Shown here one piece after another: positions 1 to 13,253 of a stretch of 54,634 bases of DNA. The notes beneath the pieces are model-generated. The model did no database searches. It saw nothing but the letters and a program-made list of their open reading frames with translations, and was not told where the DNA came from. The stretch is from Girardia tigrina (lineage: Eukaryota), in NCBI GenBank assembly GCA_001938485.1, contig MQRK01199881.1, positions 27,749-82,382 of the forward strand. The letters run 5' to 3'. The position numbers and the translations under genes are program-made. Positions within the stretch are counted from its first letter, which is position 1. Each line of letters starts with the position of its first letter.

Positions 1-744
1 GATTTGTTTGTATTCTTCAGTATTTTCTTGTTTTAATTATTTTTAACTCGTGCATCTGTACATAATTTGTCTAATGTTACCCTAATGTTGTGTTCTATTT
101 GCTTGTTTGTATACATATTGTATACATATTCTTAGAAGGCGCTTGAAGAAGGTATCTCAAAAAAATAAATTGAAAGTTGCAGAAATTCAAAATTTTCTAA
201 TTCCAAAGTGCACTTGAAATTTTCGAGCATTTTTAGGTCTGTGGAACTAATATTGACGCTTTATCAAGACTTAAACAGAATCAGAAGCTCCATTGCAGAC
301 TGCATGAAGCGAAAAATGTAAAGAAATATTTTGGTCAGACGAGTGCAATAGAAGTTTTAACGAGTTGAAGCAAAGGCTTGTGGTGAACAAACTTTGACAT
401 ATGTGAACCCGAATAATAATTTCATCTTCGATACAGATGCCTCATTCGGATCGATAGGAGCAGTATTACTTCAGAAAGCAGTAGAGAAAGAAGTAGTAAT
501 CGCGTATGCATCGAGGACTGTAACCGCACATGAAAAAGGGTTCTGTGTGACAGGAAAAAAACTATTAGCTCTATAAGAGTTCATGTTACCTTTTATGCAA
601 TATTTATATTGCAAGTGATTTAAAGTAAGAACTGATCATAAAGCACTGGTATATATGAAGAGTACTTCCAAACCAATAACTCCTCAGACATGGTTAGCAA
701 ACATGGCGGATTTTGACTTTAATTTGAAATATAGAAAAGGTGAC

Positions 745-940
745 TGTTGAGGACAGAAGATGTCCTCAATCTACAAAAAAAATAATTCCACGAAAAAAAA
801 TAAAAATCCAACGAAGAATTATCAAATTTATTTTGTATGAAACATTAATTCCAATTATTAATTATAAGCCATTAAAATCAATTTCATAATTTCTATATAT
901 AGTTAATAATATAAACAACAATAAGTAGTACGGCACTACA
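745..940. mobile_element. Short solo-LTR-like insertion (TG..CA) with 5-bp TSD GTGAC inside Gypsy RNase H
   Basis: gtgac at 740-744 and 941-945; removing the insert restores KYRKGDEHANADGLSR; also present in copy B at 22985-23171. Confidence 0.8.
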
Positions 941-1303
941 GTGACGAACATGCGAATGCAGATGGATTATCACGGTTATATGACGGTGTCTATGCACAAT
1001 GTGAAACAAAATATGAAGAACCAAAAGCAACAAAAGCAAGGGTGAAACACATCAATACAGTGGTGATTCAGTCTACAATTCAATGGATAAAAGACGAACA
1101 AGAGAAGTGCTCAGAGTTGAAACAAATACATGATATGGCAGAGGGTGGGAAAAAATGAAATTATCAAGGAGTTATTACAACTAAATAACCAATTAGTTTA
1201 TCAGAATCAGTTATTGGGTGGGCAGGAAGGAAATTGTGTTAGCATTGGTTCCGAAGAAAATTAGAAATTTATCAGGAAAATACTCAGAGATTTATGTCAT
1301 GTA

Positions 1304-1947
1304 TATGAAGTATTGTGGTTCATAAAATTAAAGTTAATTTAAATTTCCATCTTGCCAGAATAATTTATTATTTTTTTTTTAATTTAAAGGTAAAATATTT
1401 TAATGTTAATATGCGTATTAAATATTTTAAAAATTAACAAAGGATATAATAAAACAACTATTAAAAAATCAAATATGTACTTAAAAATAAAATATGTTTT
1501 TAATGTGTTTTTTTTAAAAATATTTCAAAAATTAAAAATGATATAATAAAAGAAAATCCCAAAAAAATAAATATCTATTTAAAAATAAAAAAATATCTTT
1601 TAATGTGTCTATTAAATATCTTAAAATTAAAAATGTTAAGAAAACCATTAAATATTTATTTTATAAATAAAAAATATTTTTACAGTCATAACAATTTATA
1701 TATTTTAATAGAAATTATGAAACAATTTTAAATAAATTTGAAAATAATTTTTCAGTTTTAATGGGAAAATTATATAATAAATTTGCAAAATTTTATAAAT
1801 TGAATCGAAAAATTTAATGGATTAATTCGTGGCGAGAAAATTAAATTAACAGAAAAATTTGTTTAAATGTGTGAATTTTTGTTTTAGTAATAAATTTTGG
1901 TGTTAAAAAAATGAATCCTGATATTGAGGTTGCAACCACTTCTCACA
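1304..1947 (+). mobile_element. Solo LTR of the Gypsy family whose 5' LTR-gag lies at 46367-48515
   Basis: TSD ATGTA at 1299-1303 and 1948-1952; 3' end atgaatcctgatattgaggttgcaaccacttctc(a/g)ca matches 46848-46884; absent from copy B (empty site near 23532). Confidence 0.85.
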
Positions 1948-2989
1948 ATGTAGATATCAAAAAGACAAAGAAGTCTATCAAAATAATTTTATGCTACCAG
2001 ATTCAACAAAAGAGGCGCAAATCGTTACAAGAGAATATCAAGAACACATACACAGAAAGATTTAAAGTGAAAAAAACAAAAGAGAAGTTTATTCCAATAA
2101 GAAGCAACGAGTTCTTAGAGAAAGTCGTAATGGATATCGCATATGGGGTCACAAGAATAGCATGCACCCATATGTATTGGTGATTGTGGACCAGTTTTCG
2201 AAATTAGTCTCTTTGACAGAGATTAGAACTCAAGCGAACACATGATAGTTCAATGCGTGTTGATAAAATGGATATATAGATAGGGGAAGCCAAAAATAAT
2301 ATTAACAGACAATGGAAAATGTTTCACTACCGGATTAATTTAAGATCTTTGCGGGAGATACGGAATCGAAAAATAATTTAGTAGCTAATTTAAACATCAA
2401 TCTAACGAACTGACAGAAAGAACTATTCAAACAGTGAGAGACATTTATAGTAAAAAGCAGAAGAGACACAGACGAACGATCATGGTGGCTAATTGTTCCG
2501 ACGATAGAATTCTATCTAAATGCAACAGTCCAGAGTACGACCGGATATTTTCCCTTCGTAGTTGTGTTTTGTAGAAAATAAACTTACATGTGGTAGCAGG
2601 AATAGCTAAAACGGAAGAGAGCAACGTCATCAAGATGAAAGTAAAAGAAAATCTAGAGAAAGCGGCAAGACAATTGGAAAATTAGGAGAGAGAAAAGAGA
2701 ACAAATCGACATTTTGAGGATGGTTAGAAAATCTTTGTAAAGCAAGATCCTACAAAACTGCGAAAGGACACTTTCCCATTCGATGGACAGTACCAAATTT
2801 AAGGCATATATCGTCACACGCATTGGAACTACTGAAAGATGGAAACATAATTCGTTGAAGAATTGAGTGGATTAAAAAAGTTAAAAACGAATTATAAAAG
2901 AGGGGAAAGTTGTGATTATTTATTTGTTTAAGTATTCTGAAAGATTGTAAATAATGAATATATTCTACTTGTTGATATTGTGACTTATT

Positions 2990-4512
2990 TAAGCGCATCA
3001 TGAAATTTCCAAATATTAGGGTAGAATTAGGTTATTAATTCACTAAAACCTCGATCCCATCCTTTGATATTATTATTATTATTATTGGTTCTTGGAAGTC
3101 CGGTAGTAATGTTATCATAAGAATTGCACATGTTAAGTGGAAATTTAAGTTTTCTGCGATTGCCATTTTGATAGCATTTCTCAATTCAATTATCCTCAAA
3201 GTAACTAACAAACCTCAACACCTCTGCTTCTGAATAAATTTAAGATGAATCGCAAAGTTCTTCAAAATACGTCACAAGATTCGTCGAAGGAACGAATGTT
3301 AAAGAACTAAATTTTTTCATGGACTGTTGAAAGTTTATATCGCTCTTATATTAAGACTTTAATTCAATAGAACAAATTAGTCTATAAATACATTGAGAAA
3401 AGTGATAATAACAGCCTCTATGACTAGGATTTTAAAAAATGGATGCAACTGCTCTTATCATTGACAATTAAAAGTCTGTCATAAAAGTAATTAGAGTATG
3501 ATTTAGAGTTAACTCTTTCACTTTATTCAAAAGATACTCGTAGCTTCTTGAGCTTTTATCTGCCAGAAGAGCATAAGTCAATGGTAACGATGTTTTTTAT
3601 TGCATGGATAGTATAAAGTTGTCAGAATAATGATGGAACTACCTTAAATGTTCTATCAGTATACCAGTGATCACTTTCCCTAAGAACGCTAAGATTGTTT
3701 TGAGTTCCAAATATCAGCAATCTATCTTTAGTCTTGCCAGAATCTAACAGTAAAAATAAATCACCTCGAAATGTAAATTTATATTTATCCTCAATGGTCA
3801 TTAATTCTCATAAAACAGGAAGTGTGGGAGCTGGAAAATTAATATTTCTAGCATACCGCATTCGTCTTTTAATATTACTAAACGTCGGTAAGTTTACTGT
3901 TATCTGTGTATCTACAGAAATTAGAGAATCTGTTATAATAACAGAAGGGGAATAATGAGTGTCTATGGGAGCACTTATAACTTTACTCGATGTCTTCTCA
4001 GCTATAAATTCTGTTGTATCTTCGTGATGATTGTGCTCAAATGAAGTTCGAATGAGAGTATATCCCATTGTTATAGCTCTTGCAGGGCAAGATATTCTGA
4101 GATATTGGACGCATTCCCAATATATTTTTACATTTTATACATTATTTTTATAAAATGTCCGTCCATTTAAAACAAGTTTAAAGTTATTTTGTGATGACCG
4201 AATTAATTCTACGTCCATTTTTCATCTAGAAAATTAAATAATAATATTTACTACATTACCAAAATATTTATTAATATTTACTTTTAAAATTATTAATATT
4301 ATTATTATTTTATTATTATGAATATTTATTTTTAAAAATATTTACTAAAATATTTAACTTAGACTTCAAATATTTTGCAATTCGACTTCTTTTAATGATT
4401 AAAAGAAATGTATTTTTATTAAAAAAAATTGATTACAGAAATTATAGTTATAGAAATTTTGATTTTAGAAATTCCCGTTGTAGAAATTTAAGTTTAGAAA
4501 TTGCCGTATACC
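2990..4512 (-). mobile_element. Mutator-like (MULE) transposon with FLYWCH zinc finger and DDE transposase pseudogene, copy A
   Basis: ATG at 4218; YWECVQ..CPARA..EHNH (FLYWCH-like); WYTDRTFKVVPSLF*QLYTIH (MULE core); GWDRGFSE..PNIWKF; terminal agaaatt subrepeats ending ttgccgtatacc at 4512. Confidence 0.85.
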
Positions 4513-4587
4513 ATTTGGTCATAGACCATTGTTTATATGTATATAATAATATAAATATTGATAGTTATATTAGTGATTTCTGCGACC

Positions 4588-5423
4588 TTACTTACCATTT
4601 AAACAGACAGAACCCATATTATTCGAACACATTTTATCCCAAAATTCATCCGAACTATTTTTGTAGGTCATGCAAGTTTCACCATTACTAAACCATTTAA
4701 TGTGTGGATAATACGACGATTTGTTGTCAGTCCAATATATCGAGCTTGGACGATTGATGTCATAGACGTTGACTGGAGTGGCGACCTTCATGTCGACCCA
4801 AACGCGATCTCTGTCAAACAAATAAATGTATATTATTAAAGTTATATTTGTTTTATCATTTTTCTATAATATCTTCAAACAATGATTACTAAATAGTCGA
4901 AAAAGGTTCTAAAAAGTTTTAAAGTTTATAAATATTTACAGAATTGATTACCGAATGAAAATTCAAAAAATAAAAATGATTTTATTTTTAAGAAAGCCGT
5001 TCTTTAATAAATTTTAATCAATTAAAAATTTTATTTATTTTATGTAATTAATTAAAATTTTGCAAAAAATTCTTTCTATGATAATTCGTTTTGTTTGACT
5101 TTTTACAGATTATATTTCGAAGTTTACGAAAATTATTTTTCTTATTGCTTATGATTTAATACTTCATTAAAATATTAATTGTAATAATAACTAATTAGAT
5201 TAAACAAGATTATAACTCACATATTCAGTTTCTGGAGTTCGGCTTTAAAAGAGACATATTGTTCTTCTGAGTAAAGTATTGGCAGTGCCATTCCTTTGGA
5301 GGAACACAAGGTCTTCGAAGTTGAAAAGTCTTTATCATCACTTGTTACCTGGACGAGCTGTAAGGTTGAAATCTTTGATGGAATATAAACAGAATAAATT
5401 ATATATAATATCACATAATTCAT
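4588..5423 (-). CDS. Secreted C-type lectin domain protein, copy A (exon 1 5423-5221; exon 2 4810-4596, or to stop at 4588)
   Basis: Hydrophobic N-terminus; GTGAGT donor and tttgacAG acceptor join in phase 2; CTLD pattern C-SSKGMALP...VWVDM...C-MTY...FWDKM-C...V-C with four canonical Cys; possible further donor G|GTAAGT at 4595. Confidence 0.8.
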
Positions 5424-5944
5424 TGAAAAATATATAGAATAATAAATGGGAAACTAATTTTATAGTATTATATATAATTATCGCTCAATTGTAAGCATAA
5501 AACATTTAATTATATCCCCATGGGTCAGTAAAAATGTGGAACATGAACGTAATTTCTGTTCAATTATTCGATATAATATTAATATTTTATAAAAATGTAT
5601 TTCCCATGATAATAAAACTTTGAGGTAATTCAACAACCTGCTTGAAATGAATTTTGTTTATTACTGAAACAATAAAACCTCGTTTTATTACCCGATATTA
5701 AAAATAAACATGAATATTTACAATTTAGTCAAAGTGTTTCTTTTGTTCGACGAGTCAATTTATAATTTATAAGGTAAATATTAACAATAATCGACTATAA
5801 TTGACATTCCTTGACGACCAAAGAGAATCTGTGTGTTTGTTGAATATATTTTCATAAAATATTAATAATATAAATTACAAGATTTATACAATATCTGAAG
5901 GAATTTGAGATAACAAAATTAAGATGAACCATCAACTGTTTCAT

Positions 5945-6183
5945 CGGTAAACGAGCATAAATTCTATTTTAGTATTTTACCAATATCGTATTTATAAAAA
6001 TATCGTGGTTCTGATTCTTTACGATAAAGTTCGCTAAAACATTCCATATTTCTGTGACCATCTAATGCTGTCTAGATCTTGAATTAAATCATTTATTGTT
6101 TTTAAAGATTCAGAATTCGTCAAGTAGAATCGATGATATTTCGGACGATTCATTTTTAGTTTGACGACGTTAACGATGTTCAT
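5945..6183 (-). pseudogene. Decayed ubiquitin-like domain fragment
   Basis: RFYLTNSESLKTINDLIQDLDSIRWSQKYGMF aligns ungapped with ubiquitin [32 protein letters not shown]; after a stop and frameshift, YDIGK/NTKIEFMLVYR resembles YNIQKESTLHLVLRLR. Confidence 0.5.
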
Positions 6184-6200
6184 TTTGCATCGCTCCAGAT

Positions 6201-6220
6201 CAGGTGTCGGCAACCTTTCA
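6201..6220 (+). mobile_element. hAT-type terminal inverted repeat end (orphan)
   Basis: caggtgtcggcaaccttt resembles the common hAT end CAGGGGTCGGCAACC. Confidence 0.4.
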
Positions 6221-6468
6221 ACACTCAAATTATCAAATAAACCTTTGGAGGGAGAATATTAAAAAAATTTTATCTCTGTAAAAACAATCCAAATTAAATT
6301 TAGTCTTACAATAATTTGGAGATCCTATTCAAGTTATTCTAATTTTATTGTTAAATCATTATTTTATCTCTGTAAGCAGAATTATAATCAAAACCAATAA
6401 ATGTATGTTGCGTAACGTATGCATGGAATGTTCTAGATGTGATCTCTGTATTGTTATGTAATAGTTCC

Positions 6469-9400
6469 TGTAGTGACCACCTTTAAAATACGAAAATTAT
6501 AATTACAAAAGAAAAATTAATTTTCATAAAAATATTTATATTAATTTAAAATACATATTAATATTTATATTATATTTATATTAATTTATAAATTATTTAT
6601 AAGAACACAAAAAAAACTTTTTGTTTTAATAATAAAATTTTACTGATCTTTTAAAAAAGCCTTATTTCTTATCAAAAAATATATTTAGTTTATTTTTATC
6701 CACTGGCTCTAAATTCAAATGGATGAAGAACACCCAAATCGGGAAGCGTTCGGAAACCACTCGGTGGGGATTTTCATATTGCAGGCAAATCGCTTCACAA
6801 AACTGGTGTCAGAAGAAAAAAATGGTGGCTCAACTCCCCGATAAATCGACTCATCCGGATGCCATTTTGTCTTCAACAGATCTATGAAATCAGATTAGAG
6901 ATCGGCATTCCAAGCGACAGTCCTCACATTACTGCACTGAACTTCCCGATCCGGTAATCAGCTATTCTGGTCGCGGAAAACACTGGGCAGACTAAAGCAA
7001 CCGCTGGTCCGATGACAACTCCGACAAAACATATCGACGATTCAGAGACCGACGGCTTTCATCAATCGACAAATTGCGTTCAGATCACAGTCCTATCCGA
7101 TCACCGGTCGCACGACCAACGGCGATCGGGTGATTGAATTCCCCGGTCGATTAATCAATGCGAACATCGCACTAATCAGAGAGAAACCGATTCATTCAGA
7201 CCAGTAACTGATAACTCAGGCGTAATCCGAATCGAAAGCCGTTCCGATCGGATGTTAGCAGCTGTTCTATCGATAACCTCTGCGACCGAATTCAATGACG
7301 AACCGAAGAGCGAAAATCCGAATCACCTTCGGACCGATCAGATTTCTCCAGTTACCGGCTCGACAACCACTCCGAAAACCACGATTCGCCAACCAGTAAA
7401 CCGAGTCGTAAATCAAACCGAGCGGGTGCTGAGAGATACTGTTCCAGAGCAAACTTCGACCGATCACATCTACGAGTTTGAAACCGTAGAGTCAATTCTA
7501 CGTCTACGATCCGGAAATTCTTCAACATTGAGCAGTCGGACCACAGTCTTTATCGATTACTGTTCACACAACAACTGTTGTATTATATTATATTATAATA
7601 ACGTATATATAAATCATATAAACATTTTTTATTTATACTATATATTCAATATATCAATTTCATTTGGGGTATTAACTACATTCCTGTACCGATTTAGGTG
7701 GGACAACGATAATACAAAATTAATCACATATGGCGGATTTTTGATTGTAAATAATCACATACATATCGATTTAAAAGCCACATTTGCATATTCCGTAAGT
7801 ATAGAAGTTTCCTAATCGCAACCTGACAAGCTCCATAACTTTAGACTTCAAAATCTAAAACATACCTCTATTATCCATCACGTTTATCAACATCACCGCA
7901 ACAATACATTGAATACTGAACACAGTAAGGCGAATTACACGTTTCACAAAGAGTCACACTTCAACACACATCGCAGTCACAACAACCGCACACACGAAAC
8001 AATTCAGATCATAAGCATCACCATTCGAAGCCTCACTGACCTCTCGAAAAATGCTTTTGATGTTAATATTATGTCCCCTATAGCTGATTTCATTTCCACC
8101 CTTGAGACCCTGAAAAAGTCCCCATTATACTTATTATATGGTGTAAGACCCTTCGTCCACACCTCACATGGAGCCAGTATGATATTACTGATAATACTGT
8201 ACTCAGTTTCCAATTTACCATACTTGGGGGTAGTGATGAACCGACCGATTTAAAAACCGAACCGGTTTCCGATATCAGCGCTCTGACGATCGCATCGCCG
8301 AAATTTTTCACCGATCAGACCGATTCACCGAAGGTTTGGCTTGAGATCATGGACTTTAGATTCAAGATCATGGGGATCAAGGCGCAGCATAGCCTATTTC
8401 AACATCTACTCGGAGCTATTCCGGAATATCAGCTGTAAACAATAGCACCTCACCTGACTAAGATCGTACATCATTCGGAGCTGTACAATCAACTCCGAAA
8501 ACGCATTATGATGGCTCACGAACCGAAATTTGATGTCGTCTTCGAAAACTATTTCCAGACGCAACAAATTGGTCTCGCCAAGCCATCACAATTTTTACAA
8601 CGAGTCATCGGTGACCTGGAGTTGATTCAACCGGGGATCACACAGGATAAAAACAATGAAATTTTGAAGACATTTTTCTTCCAATCGCTTCAACCGATGC
8701 ACAAAGCCATTCTTGCAGTCACGAGCACCACCGATTTGCAAGAATCAGCAAAAATGGCCGACAGAATCTCCGAAAAGGTGCCATCAAGTTCGAATACTTG
8801 TTACAATGTTGCAACACCAATCACCGAAAATACCGGTCCGAGTTCGGCAGCACAAGAAAGCACACAAATTGATCGATCAAGATCATGCGCTAATGGTTGC
8901 AAGTACCAACCGATAAAAACACTAAGTTCCTCTTCGGTTTTTGCAACCGACTCAGAAAACACCAACAATTTATGCGGCATTTTCACGTGCAACGCCACCA
9001 TCGACAATCATACCTCTAATATGATATCATTCTTGACTGACACCGGATCTGCAATATCAGTATTACCTCGTCGATTTCATCCGTGCAACATTCCCACTAC
9101 CAGATAACTCAAAGTCACAAATGAATCTATTGTTCATACATATGGAACCGTTCAATTGTCATTTTCATTGACACAACTGGACCAGAACCTCTTTTTTTAT
9201 GGACTTTTACTGTTGCTGATGTCACGCAACTTATACTTGACGCAGACTTATTTGATCATTTTGGACTTTTGGTGGACTGCAGAAACAAAAAGCTCGTCTT
9301 AAACTGCTCTTTGGAGACCCTTCTCACTACACTGACTGCAACACACACCAACCTTTAAATCTGACAATAATCCGTTGACCACTTCCTCTTTGTCTTGCAA

Positions 9401-10120
9401 AAGAAGCAAATCAATTTCTCTCTGGTGCCTGATTCTAACCAGCGGTCTGACTACTCTCCGGTGGTCCTTGTCAATAAACCCGAGCAGTTTCTGGGTTCAA
9501 CCAAGCCAGTGAACTCATTAGCCCAGACTGGTAAACCAAAGGAACCACCTTTCACTAATTCAGCCGAACCACCAGCTAAATTATTCTATTCATCTACGGT
9601 TACCATCGATTTCAAAGATACTATTTGTTAACATCAGCAAGCTAAATCTATGCATCCACAACAAGGATACGACTTTTGACACTCCGTTTTCACCAATAAA
9701 GAAACGCTCAGTCTCCATTTCACCGTGGGCTCAATTTAGCGATTTCCAGATTGCTGCTATCTAATCCTAGTCCACCACCATGCTCCGCATCTTTCGTTGG
9801 GGACTGATGTAGTGACCACATTTAAAATACAAAAATACAAAAATTATAATTACAAAAGAAAAATTAATTTTCATAAAAATATTTTTACATATTAATACTA
9901 AAATACGTATATAAATTATTTATAAGAACACAAAAAACTTTTTGTTTTAATAATAACATTTTGCTGATCTTTTAAAAAAGCCTTATTTCTTATCAAAAAA
10001 TATATTTAGTTTATTTTCATCCACTGGCTCAAAATCCAAATGGATGACGAACGCCCAAATCATGCGCTCGGATACCACTCGGTGGGGATTTTCATAATAC
10101 AGGCAAATCGCCTCAAAAAA
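6469..10120 (+). mobile_element. Non-autonomous Ty3/Gypsy element with both LTRs (6469-6802, 9808-10120), gag and protease, no RT/RNase H/IN core
   Basis: Two LTR copies starting tgtagtgaccac; PBS tggtgtcagaag at 6804; PPT-like gttggggactga before the 3' LTR; TSD gttcc/gttac; gag-like SPKFFTDQTDSPKVWLEIMDFRF at ~8290-9100; protease FLTDTGSAISVLP. Confidence 0.85.
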
Positions 10121-10418
10121 GTTACGAAATAGTGTGTATGGTGAAATGAATGAGTGGGTGTTTGACCCAGATTGATGACGACATTAATCAATATATTCTG
10201 ATGATATTCCTCATTCTAGTTTCTTAGGAAGATTATATCGTCTTTGAATAAATATTATGAGAGTCTTGAAGTCTTCTAACAATTACAATTCAAAACTTTT
10301 AAAAAAATAATTAATCATTTTCTAAACTTTATTATGAACATACTATTTATTCATGCACTATAAAAAATATAAAAATTACTGTGCTTCTCGGAATTGAACA
10401 TTTTCGACAAACTCATGA

Positions 10419-10880
10419 TTTGAGGAATATTTGGTGTATTAATGTTTTTGTGTAGTGTTTGCATGTTTAAATGTTGTTTGTTGATTTTGGATTGTGCCTC
10501 TCCTAATCAGATAAAGGATTAATATTTTAATTCCTTTAATCTAAAACTAATTTATTTAAATTTAGATTTAATATTCAAATTTTTAATTTTTATTATTGTA
10601 AATTTCAAATAATTTTATTGATTTATTTTTGTAAATTTTTAAATAATTAAAAACAAATTAATGTTTGAATATGATCATAAAAAGTATTTTATTTTAGCCA
10701 AAAAATCTAAATTAAATATTTTAAATAAAATAAAGTTTGTTCAGATTATAATAAGAAATATTAAAAAAAATTGAGTGATGGATTTAAGTAAAAGTAATGC
10801 TATTAATCATCATAGAGATGATAAGAAATGTGAATGTAATAAATGTTCTGTCAAATGTGTGAGTTCTCTTAACAATCATA
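10419..10880 (+). mobile_element. Solo LTR-like repeat; family also at 19740-20198 (inverted) and ~11820-12205 (diverged)
   Basis: Reverse-complement match to 19740-20198 (gaggaatatttggtgt...gtgcctctcctaatcag...ttgagtgatggatttaagt). Confidence 0.7.
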
Positions 10881-11029
10881 ATTCGGAATATACTTCGAGG
10901 TTCCAGTTCTTAGACATTATCAAGGTGAGAATCAGTTAGTCTCGAATAATATTTAGACTTCAAATATTCCATATTGGAAAAACTACTTTCACAATAATAT
11001 GTCGAAGCACAATATGAAAAAATTTTCAA

Positions 11030-12730
11030 AGCATAAATCATCAATAATGAATATTTATTTTCATCAACCAATTTCCAAAATTTTCGTCATTCTTATGTGC
11101 TTTTAAAATTAAGTCATTTTTCATTATTATAATTTCTACTCCCAAGGCTTCAATGGTGCTACTTTTAAAATATATTGTAATAATTTCAGCAATGTCACTA
11201 TCTGTAGAATCAAATGGGTTAAGGAAGTAGCATACAATTGGAAAAATCTGTGAATGGCGCACAAAACTCTTCCATAAGTATATCGAAGTGTGATGCCAGT
11301 GAAGTAATTGTTGTTGTTGTATAATTTTTGCATCTAAATGTTCAAAAATTTTTTTTTAATTTTGAAAATATACCAAAGAATTTTTCATCAGATGAGACTT
11401 TTATAACGTTAATTTGCTTGTAAATGCTTTTATTGAGACCAACATAATATGTAGGTTCTTCCCTTGTAAACTTAAATTCAGCTCATTAAGTTTTTCCATT
11501 ATATAAGTACGAAAGCCAGTAGCAATTAATCAATTTTTGTTTTCTAGTTGCTCGTAATATTGATTGCTGGGTGAATTAAATTCTCTGATTTGCGGAAAAA
11601 GTTTTATAAATCATTGCAGAATTATACCTCTGTTAAGCCATCTCACTTCGGTGTGTAGTAGAAGATCATTAAATTCGACATCTTGTTCAGCTAAAATTAG
11701 TTTGAATAATCTGTGCTGCGTTGATAGGGATAGAATTTATAATTTTTCTTACTGTTTGCATTATATGCTTAAATGCTAACTTTTGCCCATAATATTTCCT
11801 GATGGATGATGCTATGGTATTGTGAGGAATATTTTGAATGTTTGATGTTTTATGTTTGAATGTTGTATATTGATTTGGAATTATGTCTCTCCTACCCAGA
11901 TGGATGATCAATATTTTAATTCTTATTATCTGAAATATGTAATGTTTAAATTTATTTCTAATTTAAAATAATTGTAAAATTTTAAATAAGTTATTTAATT
12001 TTATTTACAATTTTTTATAAATAAATCGAATTAATATTTTTTAAATAATTAATAATCATTTTAATTTTTATGCAATAAATTTTGAGCAAATATATTAACA
12101 AATTGATTATATTACAATCTGTTAAAAATAAAAAGATTAAAGACATTAATCAATTAGTTAGAACTAAGACAATCTTAAAATTGTTTTTTATTCTTAGCTT
12201 ACATGTGTAAAATCTTATAAGAAGTAATTGTTTCTTTTTTGGTGGCTGGGTTAGCTTTGTAAAAAATTCTGTTTTCATGACAAAAAAGACTTCAGATCTG
12301 CAATCTTTTTATTCCTTTTTTCTGCATTTAATGGAAAATTGCTATTAATATTTGATTCCAGAGTTATAAAATGCCTTTCAACGTTACTTTTCTTAGACAT
12401 TGAAACTGTGTCATTGCATATTAAAATCAATAAAACAAAATTGTTTTTCCCAGTCATCATTAAAATAATAAATTCTTTACTTTTCATTCTTGTTAATTAT
12501 CATGGATAGCCTTTGTAAAATTAATAAATAATAAATAATATTGAGAACTTATTAAGCAGGGATGTTATTGGCTGCAGATCCACTTTTTGAAGATTTTAAA
12601 AATAAAAATGAACTAAAATCAGCCATTAATGTGATACATTTATCAGCGAGAACCGTGACTAGAAAAATCGAGATATTGAAATTAACAAATGACTTAACAA
12701 AATGTATATTTTTTTCATTTCAACTTAACA
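11030..12730 (-). mobile_element. Fragmented hAT (SPIN/GTF2IRD2-like) transposase, with one internal piece (~12560-12730) on the + strand
   Basis: Minus strand: CNDTVSMSKKSNVERHF, YHSIIHQE, LLLHTEVRWL, FLNPF; plus strand: LFEDFKNKNELKSAINVIHLSARTVTRKIE. Confidence 0.75.
11820..12205 (+). mobile_element. Diverged solo LTR interrupting the hAT transposase
   Basis: Starts tgtgaggaatatttt, similar to the 10419/20198 LTR family; ends near gcttaca. Confidence 0.5.
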
Positions 12731-13253
12731 AATGAATTACTTTTTAGTATTCTTCATTATAATTACTTCTAACTGAATATTATTATTAGGAAATAAAAAG
12801 TCTGCATTTATCAAAATATATTGAATTACCAAACTATCACAGTGGGTGGGGCAAATTCGTCAGTTTTTTACACTTTTTAATGTAAAAATTTCCACATAGT
12901 TGTAATCTTCAATATTAAGTGCTACTTTGGCCGGTGTGAAATAAAATTTCTCTCCACCAATGAAATTTTTTAAAATATTTACTCCCATGACACGAATTTT
13001 TTATGAAATTTACAGAGACACGCTTTACAAACACCTCTAGTCATTCTTGTAATGAATTATTTCATGACCGATTAAATTGCCAAAATCTGACCACAACGAA
13101 TAACTTTGTTACTGTTCATTTTAGGACATATGTTGACTTCAAATAAGTTGTTTAAAATTGAATAATCTATAAAATGAGTCATTATTTAACTTGTTTTTCC
13201 AAAAATGTTTGAAAAACTTTGTTATGTAATTTTTTTATGATGCTAGATTTGTA

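Larger units (their letters stand above)
160..2985 (+). mobile_element. Degenerate Ty3/Gypsy pol 3' half (RT end, RNase H, integrase), PPT and start of 3' LTR; duplication copy A
   Basis: FIFDTDASFGSIGAVLLQ..VIAYASR (RNase H); KYRKG|DEHANADGLSR split by an insertion; integrase FLEKVVMDIA..VDQFSK; PPT aaaagaggggaaagt then tgtga at ~2896-2915; many stops and frameshifts. Confidence 0.9.

Noticed and set aside
2445-2633. Identical 62-aa minus-strand ORFs here and at 24030-24218
   Set aside because: Antisense to Gypsy integrase; identity just reflects the duplication
12838-12880. CACAGTG heptamer (RSS/Transib-like end)
   Set aside because: No nonamer at 12/23 spacing, no partner TIR and no Transib transposase found
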